64,000 nucleotides of DNA from Raillietiella orientalis (lineage: Eukaryota). The notes under the pieces are model-generated. The model was given only the letters and a program-made list of their open reading frames with translations, was not told where the DNA came from and ran no database searches. Location of the stretch: positions 2,108,001-2,172,000 of the forward strand of contig JAYWIR010000021.1 of assembly GCA_036172245.1 (NCBI GenBank), read 5' to 3'. Shown one piece after another: positions 1 through 11,400 of this stretch (position 1 is the stretch's first letter; each line of letters opens with the position of its first letter). A program made the translations under genes and the position numbers.

Positions 1-1964
1 GGAAGCGGCTGAATATTTAGAAAGACGTGAAAGAGGTAAAGCGGATTTCAGCGAGTTACTAAGTAAATATATATAAACTGTGCTCAAACTGAATCAAAAG
101 TTGTGCTGAACCAACGTAGGTCCTATATTTCCTGAACACGGTTATGCATCTTTGCTTCCTGGTGATCTTTGTACCAGTAAAAAATATAATAGGGCTAGAA
201 AACCTCAGGGAACGAGGTACGAGATTTATCTGCACTTAGTGATACGCAGAAATTTTCATTTGTATGCAACAGTAAAAAATATTCATACATTTTAGGACCA
301 GCCATAATGAATTGGAAAAAAATAGGTATGAACCTATGAATCTTTAAAGATCGCTACTGCTCATTATTGGAGTCAGTTTTCCATTGTGACTTGTTTTTGT
401 GATTTTCCGATTTGTTTTCCTTTGTTTGTTTGTTTGTTTTTTTTTTTTTGTGTGTGTGTGTGTGCCCTCGTGCGTGTGTGTGTTTTGTTGTTGTGTTGCA
501 TCGTTTGTGCCAATTGTGGCAGCAAAACCGTGAGTTGCACAGCTCTGTTTTGTGACCCGAGGCAATGACCGGACGCAGAGACGGCATTGGAATAATGCTC
601 ATTACGTAACACATCATCTTTAATGCTTCTTTTGTTTTGTCGATGCAATCTGGACGACGGTGGTGGATCCGTCTTGCAGCAGCAACTGCGCTGCTGCAAG
701 ACGAATTAATAAGTGCGTAGTACAATTTTATGGTATGGGGAACGGTACAGAGTTCCTTGGCTCGGCGTAATGCTTTTGTCCCAGAATTGTAATCGATTCG
801 AGAATGACCTAGTTCAGTGCCGTACCATTCTTCTGCAGCAGCAGCAGCAGCAGGCCGTGTGCAAAAAGTTCACGGGACAGTCCTTTGTGTGTGAAGTACG
901 AAATGCACCGAATCTTCTTCTTCTTCTTCGTCTTGTCGGACCTTTCTTTTTCTCCTCCCCCTCCCCCTCCTCCTCCTTTTTTTTTTTTTTTTTTTTTTCT
1001 CTCCTCCTCTCGCTCGCTCGTTTTCCTTCCTTCCTTCCTTCCTTCCTTTCTTTCTTTCTTTCGAATCGTTCGGTTCGACGGTTTGAGAGCATCGATTGCG
1101 TCGTAAGAAATGACGTGGAAGAAAAAAAAAAAAAGCAAAGCAAAGAAAAAAAAAAAAAAAAAAAGGAATGATTGAAAACATTGTTTTGAAATTGACACGA
1201 ACGTTACGAAAATCGAAATTCGCTGCTGCATGCATAACGCAACGTGGAGCACTTGAACGCGTGATTTTTCGAAACGGATTTGTTGTTGCACTTGGTGGAT
1301 GTCGTGTTTGTTATGTACTTACATACATACATACATACATACATATGTATATGTATATGTATATATGTATATATATATATACTTTTTTTTTTTTTTTTTC
1401 CCGGCCATGGTGCAGGCGCGCTCACCTGAGGCACTGTTTGGAACGCTTGAAAGAAATCGTACCCCTTGGACCAGAATCCCACCGCCATACCACGTTAGGA
1501 CTCTTGACAAAGGCTAAAGCTTTCATAAAGGTAATGCTTGAGTTATTGTCTTAAAAACCCTCCACCAAATACCGCGGCAGACGCTGGAAGATAGGGAAAG
1601 AAAGCACCAGTTCCAGAAAGAAAACTTATTCAACGAACAACGTTATTTACGAAAACAGTTAGAGCATCTTAGTATTCAACTCCAAGCTGCTGGCGCAGCT
1701 GTAGAGGCAATACTGCCACCTTTGCCTAATCCGCAGCCCCATTTTCGCTCCCTACTCAAACGCCGAACAATATCAGAAGGCTCAACTTCGGCCATCTCAT
1801 CCTCCTCTTATACTTCAGAGAGTGGTACGGTGAAGATCATGGTGTTGCTGAAGCTTATTTCTTTTACAGACGATATGGAACTGGCGGATTACCAAAGCCA
1901 AGGCAGTGACAGTGATGAGCTTAGCAGCTGTGGCCCATGTAGCTTACCATCAGTTGTTGATTGA
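1..1964 (+). CDS. Mad/Mxi1: Mad/Mxi1 (MXD)-family bHLH-ZIP transcriptional repressor, 5'-truncated by the window edge. Exons <1-35, 120-216, 296-325, 1416-1530, 1581-1824, 1870-1964.
   Basis: The spliced translation gives [11 protein letters not shown] (Sin3-interaction domain), [55 protein letters not shown] (Mad-type bHLH), a zipper and a Ser/Asp-rich tail ending at TGA 1962-1964. All five introns are GT-AG and frame-consistent (84, 79, 1090, 50, 45 nt). Confidence 0.93.
1320..1399. repeat. Compound (TACA)n/(TATATG)n/poly-T tract just before the Mad exon 4 acceptor
   Basis: Seen directly. A similar (TATATG)n tract lies at ~52255-52297. Confidence 0.9.
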
Positions 1965-2158
1965 GAAACTGGTTACCGTTGCTACGTCTCAGCTGTTGCT
2001 ACCTACGAGCAGGACGACATCCAGAAATGCATCTAGTCAAATATCTCTATTCAGTCTGGTTGTGACACCTGCTTCATTCCTGCTACCTAGAGATTGGTAC
2101 TTGGGCCATCTCCTAATCCTCTGTCCCACTCGCCCCATTTGCCAGGAAAAAGATCCAG

Positions 2159-2168
2159 TTTATTTATT
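2159..2168 (-). promoter_or_regulatory. Probable DALRD3 polyadenylation signal (two overlapping AATAAA)
   Basis: TTTATTTATT on +, about 80-90 nt past the DALRD3 stop. Confidence 0.55.
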
Positions 2169-2248
2169 AATCTTTTATATTCCGAAATGCCAAGAGATAC
2201 ATTTGTTTCCTGTGGGTTGCTATTAAAACATGAAGGGAATTAACAGTA

Positions 2249-3332
2249 TTAGAGGCGTGATGGTGGTTCTATGTCAAGCAGCCTGCATCCTGTAGCTAGC
2301 ATGTTTCTTAGAGCACGTACAAACAAAATGCGACTGTGTAACAGTGGGAGATTCACATCTGAAGAACTCTGGGAACCGGAAATCCAGAACAGTTGGCAAC
2401 TACTAACTGAACTTACTGGTAGCACCTTCACGCGATGATACCACCTGCCCAGAGCATGCCCAAACTGGAATAAGAAACGAGCTAGATTCAGATTTCCAGA
2501 AGACAGCCCTATCAAGAGATGCTTGGCCCATGTTTCTACAGCTGGGGGAAACTTTAGCAAATAATCCATTAGCTGGAGTTCCTCTGGTTCGGTCAGCAGT
2601 GTGATGTCAAATTGCACATCAGCTGGAAGAACATGCATGCCTGCAGCCACCAGATCAGCATATGCGTCCAGGATGGCACACAATCTGGCATGCCCATACA
2701 ACACAAAAAGTGCTTCTTGATTACACTTTACTTGTGCATTGCTCAAGTCCAACGTCACATTACCTTGTGGATCGAAGGGAAGGGATATGGGCTTCCTTAA
2801 GGAAGTGGCAGCGAATGCAAATTTCAGAAGATTACTTGAAAGCTGCAGAGATGAGTAGCCCTCTGTGCGCGATTGGAATTCTTCTGACAGTTTTCTAAGA
2901 TGAACGAATGCTGTGTGTTTTTTTTTGCTCTCTCTCCTTTCTTTCTTTTTTTACTCCACTGTTTTATTATACACTCACTGGAGCCATGCAGTGCTATCTT
3001 CAAGAAATTCTTTGCCATTCTTACATACAGGCTGCACACGTATGGTTACCTCTGCGTCTGCCCCGCGTATGTGAACGCTGTTGACAGCTTCATCTGCAAC
3101 CCCCCGAGGTTCATTCCAGAAAATTTTCTGAAGCATTTGATAATTGACCTGCGTTGATGGTGTTCTCCTGGGAGTGATGTCCAAGGAAAACGAGCAAGTG
3201 GTGAACGTGCGACACGAAATGCTGGGTTCGCAAATTGCTCAGGCAGTTTTTCCTGTATTTTGCATTCGAAATTGCAGCCGTGATCTGCAAAAGCTTTTCA
3301 ACTGCATGAATGAAAACCCCGCCATGTCCTAA
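2249..3332 (-). CDS. DALRD3: DALR anticodon-binding domain protein (DALRD3-like). Exons 3332-3149, 3093-2979, 2894-2417, 2368-2249. Further 5' coding sequence probably extends towards ~3920 but is unresolved.
   Basis: C-terminal DALR domain: ALFVLYGHARLCAIL..LLTEPEELQLMDYLLKFP..WYHRVKVL..SRILFVRALRNMLATGCRLLDIEPPSRL*. The upstream motif LSNLRTQHFVSHVHHLLVFLG resembles, from memory, the LSQLRTVLVADHLARAL segment of DALRD3. No HIGH/KMSK catalytic motifs of ArgRS are seen. Introns are GT-AG (55, 84, 48 nt). Confidence 0.78.
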
Positions 3333-6300
3333 CTGTGTATTTGTTCGCGACGGCCGGAGCGTTCACCGAACCGAAATTGCTTCCTTCGTCACAGGCACGC
3401 AGAACGATCTCCCGTCTTTGCGCTCCCTGGCTCGCGTTCGGCTCCGGGTGAGGCACGGGAGACCCCCCGGGTGCCGTGCTGCCGGGGTCGCGACTCTTCT
3501 GAAATCAACAACGAATCGCAAAACTCGGCGAACGGGCAAACAGGAAAGAGGTGGGATTCTGCTTTACCGTGATGTCCGTCGTCATGGGCTGCACGCAGCT
3601 CCCGGGCAAATTGTACGAATACGCGATCCTTGCAACATCCAGAAGGATGCGATGGTACAGAGCGCAGCCGCAGAAACCGCGTTGCACAATGCTTGGTATC
3701 ACTGCTGCACCCCCTCGCAGGCGAGCGCGCGCGTCGCTCGCCGGAATTCCCGAGTCCCGAAGGAGGAAGCCGCTTGTTGCTCAGGCAGGGGTGCCCCGAA
3801 ATTGGGAAACGAAGGACACGGAGTTGTTTCAGGCGCGCGTGGACGACGAAAGCATCCTTTCGGAGGATGCGAATCCTTTGCGTGATGTCTTTCAAAATTG
3901 CGTGCGCGCCGCCGGCATCAGTGGAACGAGGAAACACAGCAACGACAAGCGACCTCAACGGCGGCGGGGGGTGGGGTGGGGGTGGAATCCACTCGGTGGT
4001 GGGAGGACTGGGAGAGAGAGGGGGAGGGGGAGATATATAAAAATTACGGATTTTTGCTTCTTTTTTTTTTTTTTTTTTTTGTTTTACGAAATGCCGTCTT
4101 CGGATCGAATGCTTTTCGCCGAGGAACCATTTACCGTACCGTACTCGAAGATTCGAAAATGGAGAACTCGATTTTCGGCTGCACTTGCGCAATGAGTGTG
4201 TACATCACGTACCAAATTGCACAACCTAAGTATTTACTGTTTCAAACGTGCGCGTGAATTTATCTACGGGATATCAAATGCCTCGGGTTGCATAGGGAGC
4301 ACGCGCGCGCACAGATAACCAACTCCAGTCACCAACTAGCCGGTGCGCGTTGTTGTTGTACGGTACAGGATGTTCCTGCGTACATCTGCGTCGCAGGCTG
4401 GCCGTGCGCCCGCTGCAGGGAAGACGGGGTTGAGGCGTTCTCCCCTTCCCTCCCCCCCACCCCCACCCACCCGCTCGCTCCGAGTTTCGGGTAGGTTTCT
4501 CGTCTTTTTGCAAGTTTGCAGGCGCGGCCGCGTCGCGGTCCCCGCGTGTCGGCGCGTTGGAGTTCGTCACCGGCAGGGGGGGGGGGGGGGGCAGCAGGCG
4601 GCTCCCACAGGCGCGCCCACTCCTTGGACCCCCACAACCATCCCGCCCGGGAGGTCTGCCGCCCTCCACCCCGCCTGCTCCATCGCGGAAGGTCCGAAGG
4701 CGGGGTGGTCGGTGGGTCGAGCGACACAAACACGGGGGCGCGTCCACGGTTCCACTTCGCCGGGGGGGGGAGGGGGGAAGAAGAAGGAAACAAACGAACG
4801 AAAAACATCTTCTTTTTTTTTGTTTGAGGGGGGGGGGGGGGGCGAATTTTCCCGAAAGGAGAACGCCGCGCTTTATTCTGCGCGCCTATCTCTGATAAAG
4901 TGGTTGATAACGGTGGCAAATGCGTTTCCGAATGTGTTTCGATCCCCATCCCGGAACGGCTCCGCTTGGGCGTGAGGAACGCTCTCCGTGGCTCCAACGC
5001 CATTCGTCGTGGCGTTAGGGAACGAAAATTCTTCAAAAATAAGTTGCTGACGGGGAAGGAAAGAAAGGAAAAGGGGAAAAAATTGATTCCTGCGTATATT
5101 TTTGTTCACGCGCAGAGAGAGAGAGAGAGGGGGGGGGGAAACAAAACAAAACAAAAAAAAAAAAAAATCGGGGAATCGACGACGTGACCTGGGAGCCGTT
5201 CCTCGTGGTAATTGAACTTGTGAGATGGTTCGCCGGGTGACTCGAGGCTCCTCGAATTGCAACTGACCCGAAGGCAGGGCAACTGACTCGAGGAAAACCG
5301 AAAACCAAACGGGAAAATGCACGCACGGGAAAGAAGATGTGGGCAGCGTTTCACGGAAGACGGGGAGAGGGGGGGGGGGGATAAACTCTAAAAAGACATA
5401 TTATCGATTCGTATAGCTCCATATCCTGGAAACTGGAAGAAACAAGAAGGAATGCCTTCGTTCTTCTTGTCGCTTTAGCTTGTTTTTAGGAACCTTTTCT
5501 TTTCTCTCTTTTTTGTTTTTTTTGTGTGTGTGTTTTTTTTTTTTGGGGGGGGGGGGGGGGTCGGTTGCTCGGTTACTTGTTTGTTTACTTTTTCTAAACG
5601 GAACCACGTAAAGGGATTGCGGCATTCACGTGTGCGCGCACGCATGCTCACCAAGGCATCTCAGGGGTTTTCAGGATAGGGCACGGGTTTCGTGACCTTG
5701 CTTCCGCGATCCTCTCCCGAATTTTATTCGGCACTGACAGCTGCCACGTTTCCTTTCGCCTTGCTCCGTGCGGTGCAGCCAACCGGGATTACGAAAGGAG
5801 ACGGGAAACCTCATCCACACTGCAGACAGTCTGTGTAGCATTCGCGTTCGGCAACGATGTCATCTCATCCTGGAAAGTTTGCAAGTGTGAGCTCTCTCGT
5901 CGCAGGAACACGTAATCTCCTGTAATCCCAGGGGATCGGCGGGCTCTCCTTCCTTCCTGCCATCTTCAAGCGCGCCAAGACACGATCTCGCATCCGGGGT
6001 GGGTGGGGAACGGACCGCCCGGGAGGTGGCAATCCTGAAGTGATGCTTCCAACGCACGGCGCCGATTCGTGTTCGGCCTTTGCGAGTCGCTCGGAGTGCA
6101 CGGCCGGCGAGCGTTTCCCGGGAGCCGTCACTCCCGTGAAGAGCCGACGGCCCAGGAGTTTCCCGGAGGACGTGATGGGAGGATCGGCCGGGGAGACTCT
6201 TCGGCACGTCGCAGTGCCGGGGGGAGAGGCGGGGGGGAGGACTCCCCGGAGACGCCTGGAGCGGCGGCCTGGCAAGCGATGCGGAGGCTGGGCGGGAGGG

Positions 6301-8259
6301 CCGGCCGAGCGGACTGCGAGGCGGCAGCGCCACTCCCCGTCCAGAGAGACGCGCGCGTCGCCTGGGAACTTCTGGGCGGAAGGCACGACCGGAAGACCCC
6401 CCTCCCTCGCGGAGTTTTCGGCAGACCGTTCCTTTCCGCCACTGCCTCTTCCCTCCTCCTCTTCTTCCCGGTGCAGGGGGAGGAGGGAGGATCCGTGCTC
6501 TGCCTCCATGCGAAGCGGACCCCGCGCGGGACGGGGCGGCCCGTCAGTAAACCGACCCCGAGAGAGATGAGGAATGGGGAACAGCTCAACGCCCCTTTCC
6601 CCCGAGGACGGCGTCCTCTGATTCCGGGAAGTGCGCGCGAAATACTCGTGTACTCAGTGGAGGAGCAGCGCTTTTCCTGTTTCTCTTCCCGGCAGAGTTT
6701 CCTGCTCGGAGGGAGATGGCAGCGGACGGGAGAACGACTCGCTGCGAATCGCAAGGCGTCGCGCGCAAGAATGGGGGCGCCCTTCCTGCACCCTCGGGGA
6801 GACTCCCGGCGGCAACCAGCCAGTCTTCCCTAACGGGACGGGGAAGGCCGGCGCCTCTACCTCCGGAAGCTGCCTCTTCGCCTCCCACGCATCCTCCCCT
6901 CTCCCGGGGGAAGAGGGGAGGCAGGGGAGGACGAGGAGAGAGAAAGCCGACGCTGGTCTGGGGCGGCTCGCCGCCCTCCCTGCTGCCCCGCAGGGCAACC
7001 CACTGCCGTTTCCCTCCCTCCTCCTCCTCCTCTCTCGCAGCCGATTCCGGGGATCGCAGCGGCGGCAACGGTTGCCTCGGCGACGCCTGTCTCTCCCTCG
7101 CCGCGCGACAGCTATCTCGACATGCGCGCGCGCCGGGGGACCTCGCGGAGGCAGGGTGGCCGCGCCCGGGAGGAGGAGAGGGAGGATCCATGCCTCCCCC
7201 CATTCCCTTCTCCCGCCACTGCCGGTGGCGGCACCACTGTCGGCCTCCGGCTGGCTGGAAGGTGGCGTCCGTCACCGGAGGGAGGCAAGGTCACCGGAGG
7301 CGACGGATGGCCTCGAACGCGGGAGACTCTAGGTCTCACCATCTCGCGAGGGTGAGGAGTGAGGGTCGCAACGCCCACGATGGACCCCTTCCGGCTCACC
7401 TCCCCTTTTTTTCATCCGCTGCGGGCGGACTTCTCCCCCGCGACCTCGCGGCGCCCGCGCGCGTCGCCTTCCCGGCGCCAGGCTGGCGTCGCCTCCACCG
7501 AGCAGCGGATTGGACGCCCTCCGGCGACCAGTTCGTCGCCCCCCGGCCTCGTCTTCCCCAGCCTGAGGGGGCTACGGTGACTCAGTGGTTCCCGGTAGGT
7601 TGGTCGCCGACCCCTCGCCCTTTCCGCCCCGTCCAGACCCGGCGAGGCAGGAGGGCCGGACGCAGCTTCACCCTGGGCCGGTGACTCCCGGAGGGAGTCA
7701 CCGGCCCCGGTTTCCCGGCGGGACGGATGCCCGCGCGCGACCTCGGACGTCACTCCTCTGCGTCGGAGGAGGGAACGGGGACTGGAAACGCCCCCTCCCC
7801 CGGCTCGGAAGACGCCCTCGGGCAACGGGGAGCCGCAAGCGGCGCCATCTCGACCGACGCCTGGAAACCGCGCCTTCGGCAGTGGGATCGCCGGACCCAC
7901 GCTCCCGAAGGGTCAACCCTCGAAGCCCCAGGGCCCACGGGCATCCCACAGGCAGCGCTACGTTTCAGTTGCGGGACGTGAGCACACTGCCGTCGCAGCC
8001 GACCTCTCCCCGAAGGCGACGTTGCCCGAGGAAACCACCGACGCGCGTCCGCGGCCCGGGCGCTCCACCCTCCTTCCCGTCGAGCCCGGGCCGCCGCGCC
8101 GGGAGTCAAGTCGCACCGTCCGTGAGGAGGAAGCGGCCCCCGACGGCCGTTTCCTCCTCACGCGAGGCGGCGCACGACCGAGGGAGGCGACGCGGGGCGT
8201 GGCGTCCTGACGTGCATCCACGTGGGGGACGTGGCGCAGCGGCGCGCACGGGAGCGCCA

Positions 8260-8413
8260 CTCGTAGAGGAGTAACGACGTTCTCTAGGGCGGCGCTCGTA
8301 CTTGTCGACGGCCACGAAAAGAGGACTTGTGGTGCACCTGACCTCAGCGAGGCAGGGACGCGTGACGGTGTGCTGGCGTCCGTTAGAAGAGCCTTCCTGG
8401 CGGTGTACTGACG
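8260..8413 (-). repeat. Decayed dispersed repeat, copy A (partner at 13604-13728)
   Basis: By manual ungapped alignment, the reverse complement of 8286-8351 matches 13604-13669 at 48/66, and the reverse complement of 8367-8413 matches 13682-13728 at 40/47. Confidence 0.8.
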
Positions 8414-11400
8414 TCCAGCAAGAGAAAAATTGTGGAGGTGCTGTGGCGTCCACGCGGGCGGAGCTTGCGGTGGTGTGCTAAACTCCATGTCAGTAGGAGA
8501 GGCGATGCAGCAGGGATGTCGCAGCGTGCACATCACTCTTGATCGAACACGTTGCCAGGAAGCAGCAGTCTTTGCTCCATTCAGGGCGCCGTTTCCTTTA
8601 CGACCAGTAGCCGTTGGGCACAGAGGCGACCGTGTGGGTTACATCGGGGTAGCAAGTGGCGCACTCGGCCTCTACGAGGAAGATGAGCCCAAGGAGGGCG
8701 TGGGACCAGCGGACGTTCACGCCCGGCCAACGAAGCGGCGCTTCCCAGTCCGGTTGCCTGGCGCCGCCGCGCGCGCGCGCGGACCGCACGTACACGTGGT
8801 CTCCGCGCTGCGCGGGCACGTGCCGGTGGTGGCGCTGGCGGACGCCTTCCCTCCTGAGCGCTTGGAGGCTGTGACGAGCCGGGACGCCCCGCGGCTCTTT
8901 GCACCCCCTCCGGCAGAGGACGCAGGTGCCACCACGTTCCCGCAAACGCCCGTTCCCGGCTTACCCAAGGGGTGGGAGAACGAGGGGCACAGGGCCGCGC
9001 TGCGGTCGTCGTCGACCTGCGCGCTTACGCACGCACGCACGCACGTTTCCCTGCTCAGGTGGCGCGCCGCGCTGCTTCACGCCCTTGGGAGGCGACGACG
9101 GTCGACCGACCCCCGGAGGAGCTTGCGGGCCAGAGCAGAACGCCGCCTTCCTCGGGCCCCTAAGGTCCCGCTTGTCTGCTCTTCCCGGAGGCATCCGCCG
9201 ACGCGCCCGGGGCTCTCCCGGACCCTCCACAGCGCCCGAGGGCGGGGAGAAGATGGCAAGAGCTCCTGACACGGGTGCCTCGAATGCCTAGCGGAGAGGG
9301 GCGGAACCACCGGAGCGGCCCAGGGAAAACCCTAGTGGATGGATGCGCCGGCTGCAGGGACGGCAGAGAAGGGCGGGACCATCCCGCCGCATGGGACGCC
9401 CCGTCCTCTGCCCGCTCCCGGATGGTGATGATCTCGCGGATTGTATCGTCCGGAGCGGATGGGGAGGCTGCGCTGCGCCCGCGGAACCTTGCGTTCTTCT
9501 GCGCTCTGGTGATCTTCCCGTCACCCCTCCGCGCTCACTCCCCTTGCAGGGCGAGGAGAGGCAGCCCCACTCCCGGTCTTCTCTTCAGCGCTCGCTCGTC
9601 CCTCCTCCTCCTCCTCCGTCCAGGACGCACCACGTGTACGCACCCGGCAGCAGCAGCAATAACAACCTCAGGGTCTGCCAGCGGCAGGAGCAGCTTTTGC
9701 TCGCTGGCTCCCGAGGGGAGAGGAGGAAGAGGGGGGAGGGAGTGACCGCGCGAAGTTGGCGCTTCAAGCTCTCGGTTTTTCGCGCGCGTCGTCCAGAAGG
9801 AGGGGGAGGGGGGGGGGGAAGAGGCAGGTTAGGGAAAACGCGAGCGTCACGACCACGAAAATAACCCCATCCAGGATGAAATGATCACGGAAGAGGAGGC
9901 ATCCCAAGCAGCTCTTTTCGCGTGACGGCGCCGCTTCTCCGCAACCGGTGTTCGCCGTCGAGCGCGCGCGCGCGCCGCGTCTCCAAGGAAACCGTTCGTC
10001 CCGCACAACGCGCATGCACGGCGACTCGCTTTTTTTGGCTTCTTCGAGCAGCGCGAGCGGCTCGAGACGTTGGGAAGGCGATTTTCTCTGCTCCTCTCCC
10101 TCCCTCCCTTTCTTTTCTTTTCTTTTTCCTCTGCGCTGTGTACGCAGCGAGCGAGCGAGCGACCGGTGGCGGCACGCATGCGACACGGACGAACCGCACG
10201 CGCGCGCGTCGGCGTCGGCGGCGTCGGCGGCGGCGGCGGCCGGGCGGACCTGCCGAGGTGCGTTTGCGCGTGGCTCCCCTGGCGGCCAAAGGAAGAAACA
10301 ACTGGAACGGTAAACAGTGGGCCATTCTTCTTCTTCTTCTTCTCCCCCCCCCCCCTCTCCCGACAGAGCGTTACCTGGGGGGGGGGAGGGGGTAAATAGA
10401 TTATGCAGCCGTCGCTGCGTGGACCATTCTAAATGTCCTGCGCTTCGCCAACGGCAGAGTCTTCGATCGAAGAAGGAAAAAAAAAACCAACTGCACCACT
10501 TACGTAACGCGTGGAGGAGACCTTTTTTTTGGGGGGGGGGGGGGGGGGGGAGGAAGGGGGATGGAGGCTTCACCATCGCTTGGAGGATGCAGCAGCGGTT
10601 ATCGGAATTTCTTCTTCTTGGTGGCCCAGGGCAGAGAGCGTCGGCTGGAGCGCTGTTTCTGAGCGCTGATGGGCGCTCATTTCGCGGGGCACACGCTTTC
10701 CTTGAATTCAGCATCGCAAGGTGCTTCCTGAACCTTGCAGTCGCCTCCCCCCTCCTCCGTCCCGGCACGAAGGTGAGCGGGCGTCCCTTCGGGCCGTTGG
10801 TTTCGGCAGGCGGTGAGTGCCTCAAAGTGGCCTCATGTTTTGGCAGGGGGAGGTGAGAAAGGAGAAAGTAGTCAGCCGTACGCAGCGCCGAGCCCACAGC
10901 TTTCCATCTCCGGTCCGATCTCCGATTGAATTGCGCATAATTTTCAATCCGAGTTCCAAACAGGGGTGCCTCTGCTTCTCTCTCTCTCTCTGCTATAAAA
11001 AAAAGGAAAAAAAAGGAAAAAGCGGCGATCGTCACGAGCTGCGTTGTACAGTACAATAAATCAAGGGAATAGGAAATGTAACGTGCATTCGAAGCCAGAA
11101 GAGAACCTCGCATGTGAAATTCCGCTTCTGTAGACTTCCCCGTGCACTGAAGACTGCCTCGTGTTGCCCGCTGCACATCAAAAAGCATTGCGTTGTATTA
11201 TTTACGACACGGTTGCCTCCTTTGGTTCCCTTCCTCCTCGCCTCCCTTTGCTTCTCTGCTGTTTTTCCTTCAGCTTTATTTTTCAGTTATTTGCTTTCAG
11301 TTATTTTCCACGCTTTATGGAAAGTGAAAGCTGGCACTCCTGAGACTGCAGCGGTTGGATGCGTTCGCTCGGTGCGATTCGAACCCCCGGGGAAGACGTT

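Noticed and set aside
3551..4195. 214-aa + strand ORF as a separate gene
   Set aside because: It is antisense to the probable DALRD3 5' region, runs into poly-G and poly-T tracts, and has no recognisable homology.
8600..8660. PVAVGHRG, resembling the GDPD phosphodiesterase HRG motif
   Set aside because: It lacks the following PENT and ExDV motifs.
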